NCBI GenBank assembly: GCA_013265495.1
Contig: PNXW01002066.1
Coordinates: 1-54,145, forward strand
DNA: 54,145 nucleotides
DNA from: Vicugna vicugna
Taxonomy: Eukaryota
Direction: 5' to 3'
The translations under genes and the position numbers were made by a program. The notes under the pieces were generated by a model. That model was given only the letters and a program-made list of their open reading frames with translations, ran no database searches and was not told the origin of the DNA. Shown here piece by piece: positions 51,961 through 54,145 of this stretch (within the stretch, counting starts at the first letter, position 1; each line of letters begins with the position of its first letter).

Positions 51961-53414
51961 ATAAATAGATAAATGCGTACGTAAGTATTAAAGGCTTGGA
52001 GGCAGTCCCTGGTGAAATTTGTGAACTGAAATGAATTGGACCTGACATTACTTCTTATGTTTTCCGTTGCTATTAACCACATCTGTAGCACTGTTGAAAC
52101 AGAAACAATTTTTCTCATTTGCTAAGAGAATTTGAAGAGTGGTCAGAATTACCGGGGGAAATAAAACACTTTGCAGTAGCATGTTAGGGTTAGGGTTATA
52201 TAAAATTTTTTGGTAGTGTCGGTTTAATATTTGTTGGGAATATTTTTGCCCAACTTGCTTACTTTAACAAAGCCAATTAGCTGTAAAATAGTTGAGACAC
52301 AAAAATATAGAGAAATAGTATAACTAGAGTGTGCCTTTCCTTGACTCTCTCTTGGCTGGTTTTCGTCATGTCAGCTCTTCTTTGCCTTAGTTTCCAACGC
52401 CCTCTGTGTGTACAGACGTCTAAACGTTGTACGGGATGGTTGGATTTGGAACTGCAGAGGATCTAGGGCAGTAGCTTCCAGCCTCAATGGCCCATCAGCA
52501 TAGCCTGGGGGCTTTTAAAAGATACTCAGGGCCTCCTGTAGACCCACCAAATCAGAAGCTTCTGGGATAAGTCCCGGGTCGTGAAAACCACACGTGTTTG
52601 CCACCTGGATGCATTTCGTCAAAGCTTTTTCTTGCACTGGGTTTTCTCTCAGCTGTTAAAAAAAAATACGCAAAGAGATTGTGAGAATCCATAAGTTAAT
52701 GTCTGAAGATACTTTGCAGGACTCAGTGACTTTCAGGTTCTGTGATACTGTGATCTCTGTCTTCACCGTAACATATTCAGCCCTTCAATCTCGTCAAAAA
52801 GTAAAAAAGAAAAAAAAAAGTCATGTTGTGAGATAGGGCTTCTTTGAATGAATTGTGGACATATTACTCTTTCTGCCTCAGTTTCCTCGTCTTTAAAATG
52901 GGGGTAATAATGGTAACTGAGCTTTTGGATGTGAGCATTAAAGGAGATACTCGATGAAAAGGTTAACACGGGATCTGGCACTAAGTGAAGACTTCGATAA
53001 ATTATTGCTAGTTTTGATTTCCCTCCAGTCTGAGGATTACTTGTTTTGAAGTTACTGAATATGTAGTAGTTGTGGGTCAGGCTAGCTCCTGCCACACTGA
53101 CTTACAGCTGTAAGATCCCTAAAATGGTGTTTAAAAAGCCAGTTTGCTTCCCAGGGCTCCTACTGTTCTGTTATTTCTGTTTTCATTTGCTCCCTCCTTT
53201 GGGACACAGCCCTTCCGCAGGTAAGAATGTTACCTGTCTCCGCCGGTTGTTGTGAGGATTAAATGTGCAGTGCTTGCAGCAGGGCTTGGCACATAGTAAG
53301 TGTTCCAAATTGATAGTAACTGTCACCATCACCATCCCCATTGTCACGAAACCATCATCATTGTCATCATCTTGGATTCCTTGTGTCACTCCTACAGTGA
53401 CAACTCTTTTAAAA

Positions 53415-53750
53415 ATTTTTTTTGTATTTTTATTGAAGTATAGTGAGTTTACAGTGTCGTGTCAATTTCTGGTGTACAGCATAATGTCTCAGTCATACAC
53501 ATACATACATATATTCCTTTTCATATTCTTTTTCATTATAGGTTACTACAAGATATTGAAGAGAGTTCCCTGTGCTCTACAGTAGAAACTTGTTGTTTAT
53601 CTGTTTTCTTTATAGTAGGTAGTATCTGCAAACCCTGAACTCTCAATCTGTCCCTTCCCACCCGCCTTCCTCCGCTGGTAACCATAAGTTTGTTTCCTAT
53701 GTCTGTGAGTCTGTGTCTGTTTTTGTGCATAAGTTGACTTGTGTCTTTTT
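53415..53750 (-). mobile_element. L1 3' end fragment
   Basis: TTTTATTGAAGTATAG...TTCCCTGTGCT...GGTAACCATAAGTTTGTTT. Related fragments at about 4645-4820, 12975-13113 and 18234-18805. Confidence 0.8.
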
Positions 53751-54145
53751 GTTGTTGCTGTTAATTCCATTTGATTTAACAGTTATCTGTATAGTGCTTA
53801 CGATGGCTAACTCTCCCCCCTCCCCATTCCTCTTCTTATTTTCCTCATCATTCAGTGCCCCAAGTCAGTTACCCAGTCTCTTGTTTATCCTTGACCCCCT
53901 ACCTCCTCCTGTCACCCCCACTGTGTCCTCTAAAGTGACCCCTCCACAGTCACCAGCTGCCTCTGTTTGCTTAGCCTCCCCTTAGCCATTCCCTCCCTCT
54001 CTTTGCCTTGACTTGGGGGAGATCCTTCTCTTAAAGCCCTCTCAAGTCACACCTCGGATGCCCTGGAAGTCTCAGGATCGAGAGGTTCAAAATTTGTGTC
54101 CCGACTGCTCTTTGTCCCCTCACCCCTTTCTTTGAGACCCATGCC

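Noticed and set aside
52182..52198. Telomere-like TTAGGG repeats
   Set aside because: Fewer than three units; expected by chance.

Overview
Mammalian genomic DNA, very probably camelid (alpaca/camel) judging by the tRNA-derived Vic-1-like SINEs and L1 3' ends; no prokaryotic features. The only long intact ORF is an intronless, strongly diverged TRIP11/GMAP-210 retrocopy (36550-42291, +, 1913 aa) followed by AATAAA and a short A-tract. It sits inside what looks like a segmental duplicate of the head-to-head ARHGAP17-LCMT1 region. A disabled ARHGAP17 exon 1 (-) starts 975 bp upstream in divergent orientation. A disabled LCMT1 exon 1 with its CpG-island promoter (+) lies 8.3 kb downstream. Disabled LCMT1 exons 2-6 (+) lie upstream, at 14.5-25.8 kb. 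The permuted exon order (2-6 before 1) points to a tandem array of [ARHGAP17 stub - TRIP11 retrogene - LCMT1 stub] units in which the flanking genes decayed while the 5.7 kb retrogene ORF stayed open. The window also holds a 1375 bp tandem duplication, a 40 bp minisatellite, a CTCF-like site and many transposon remnants. Gene identities rest on recalled human protein sequences, not on a database search.
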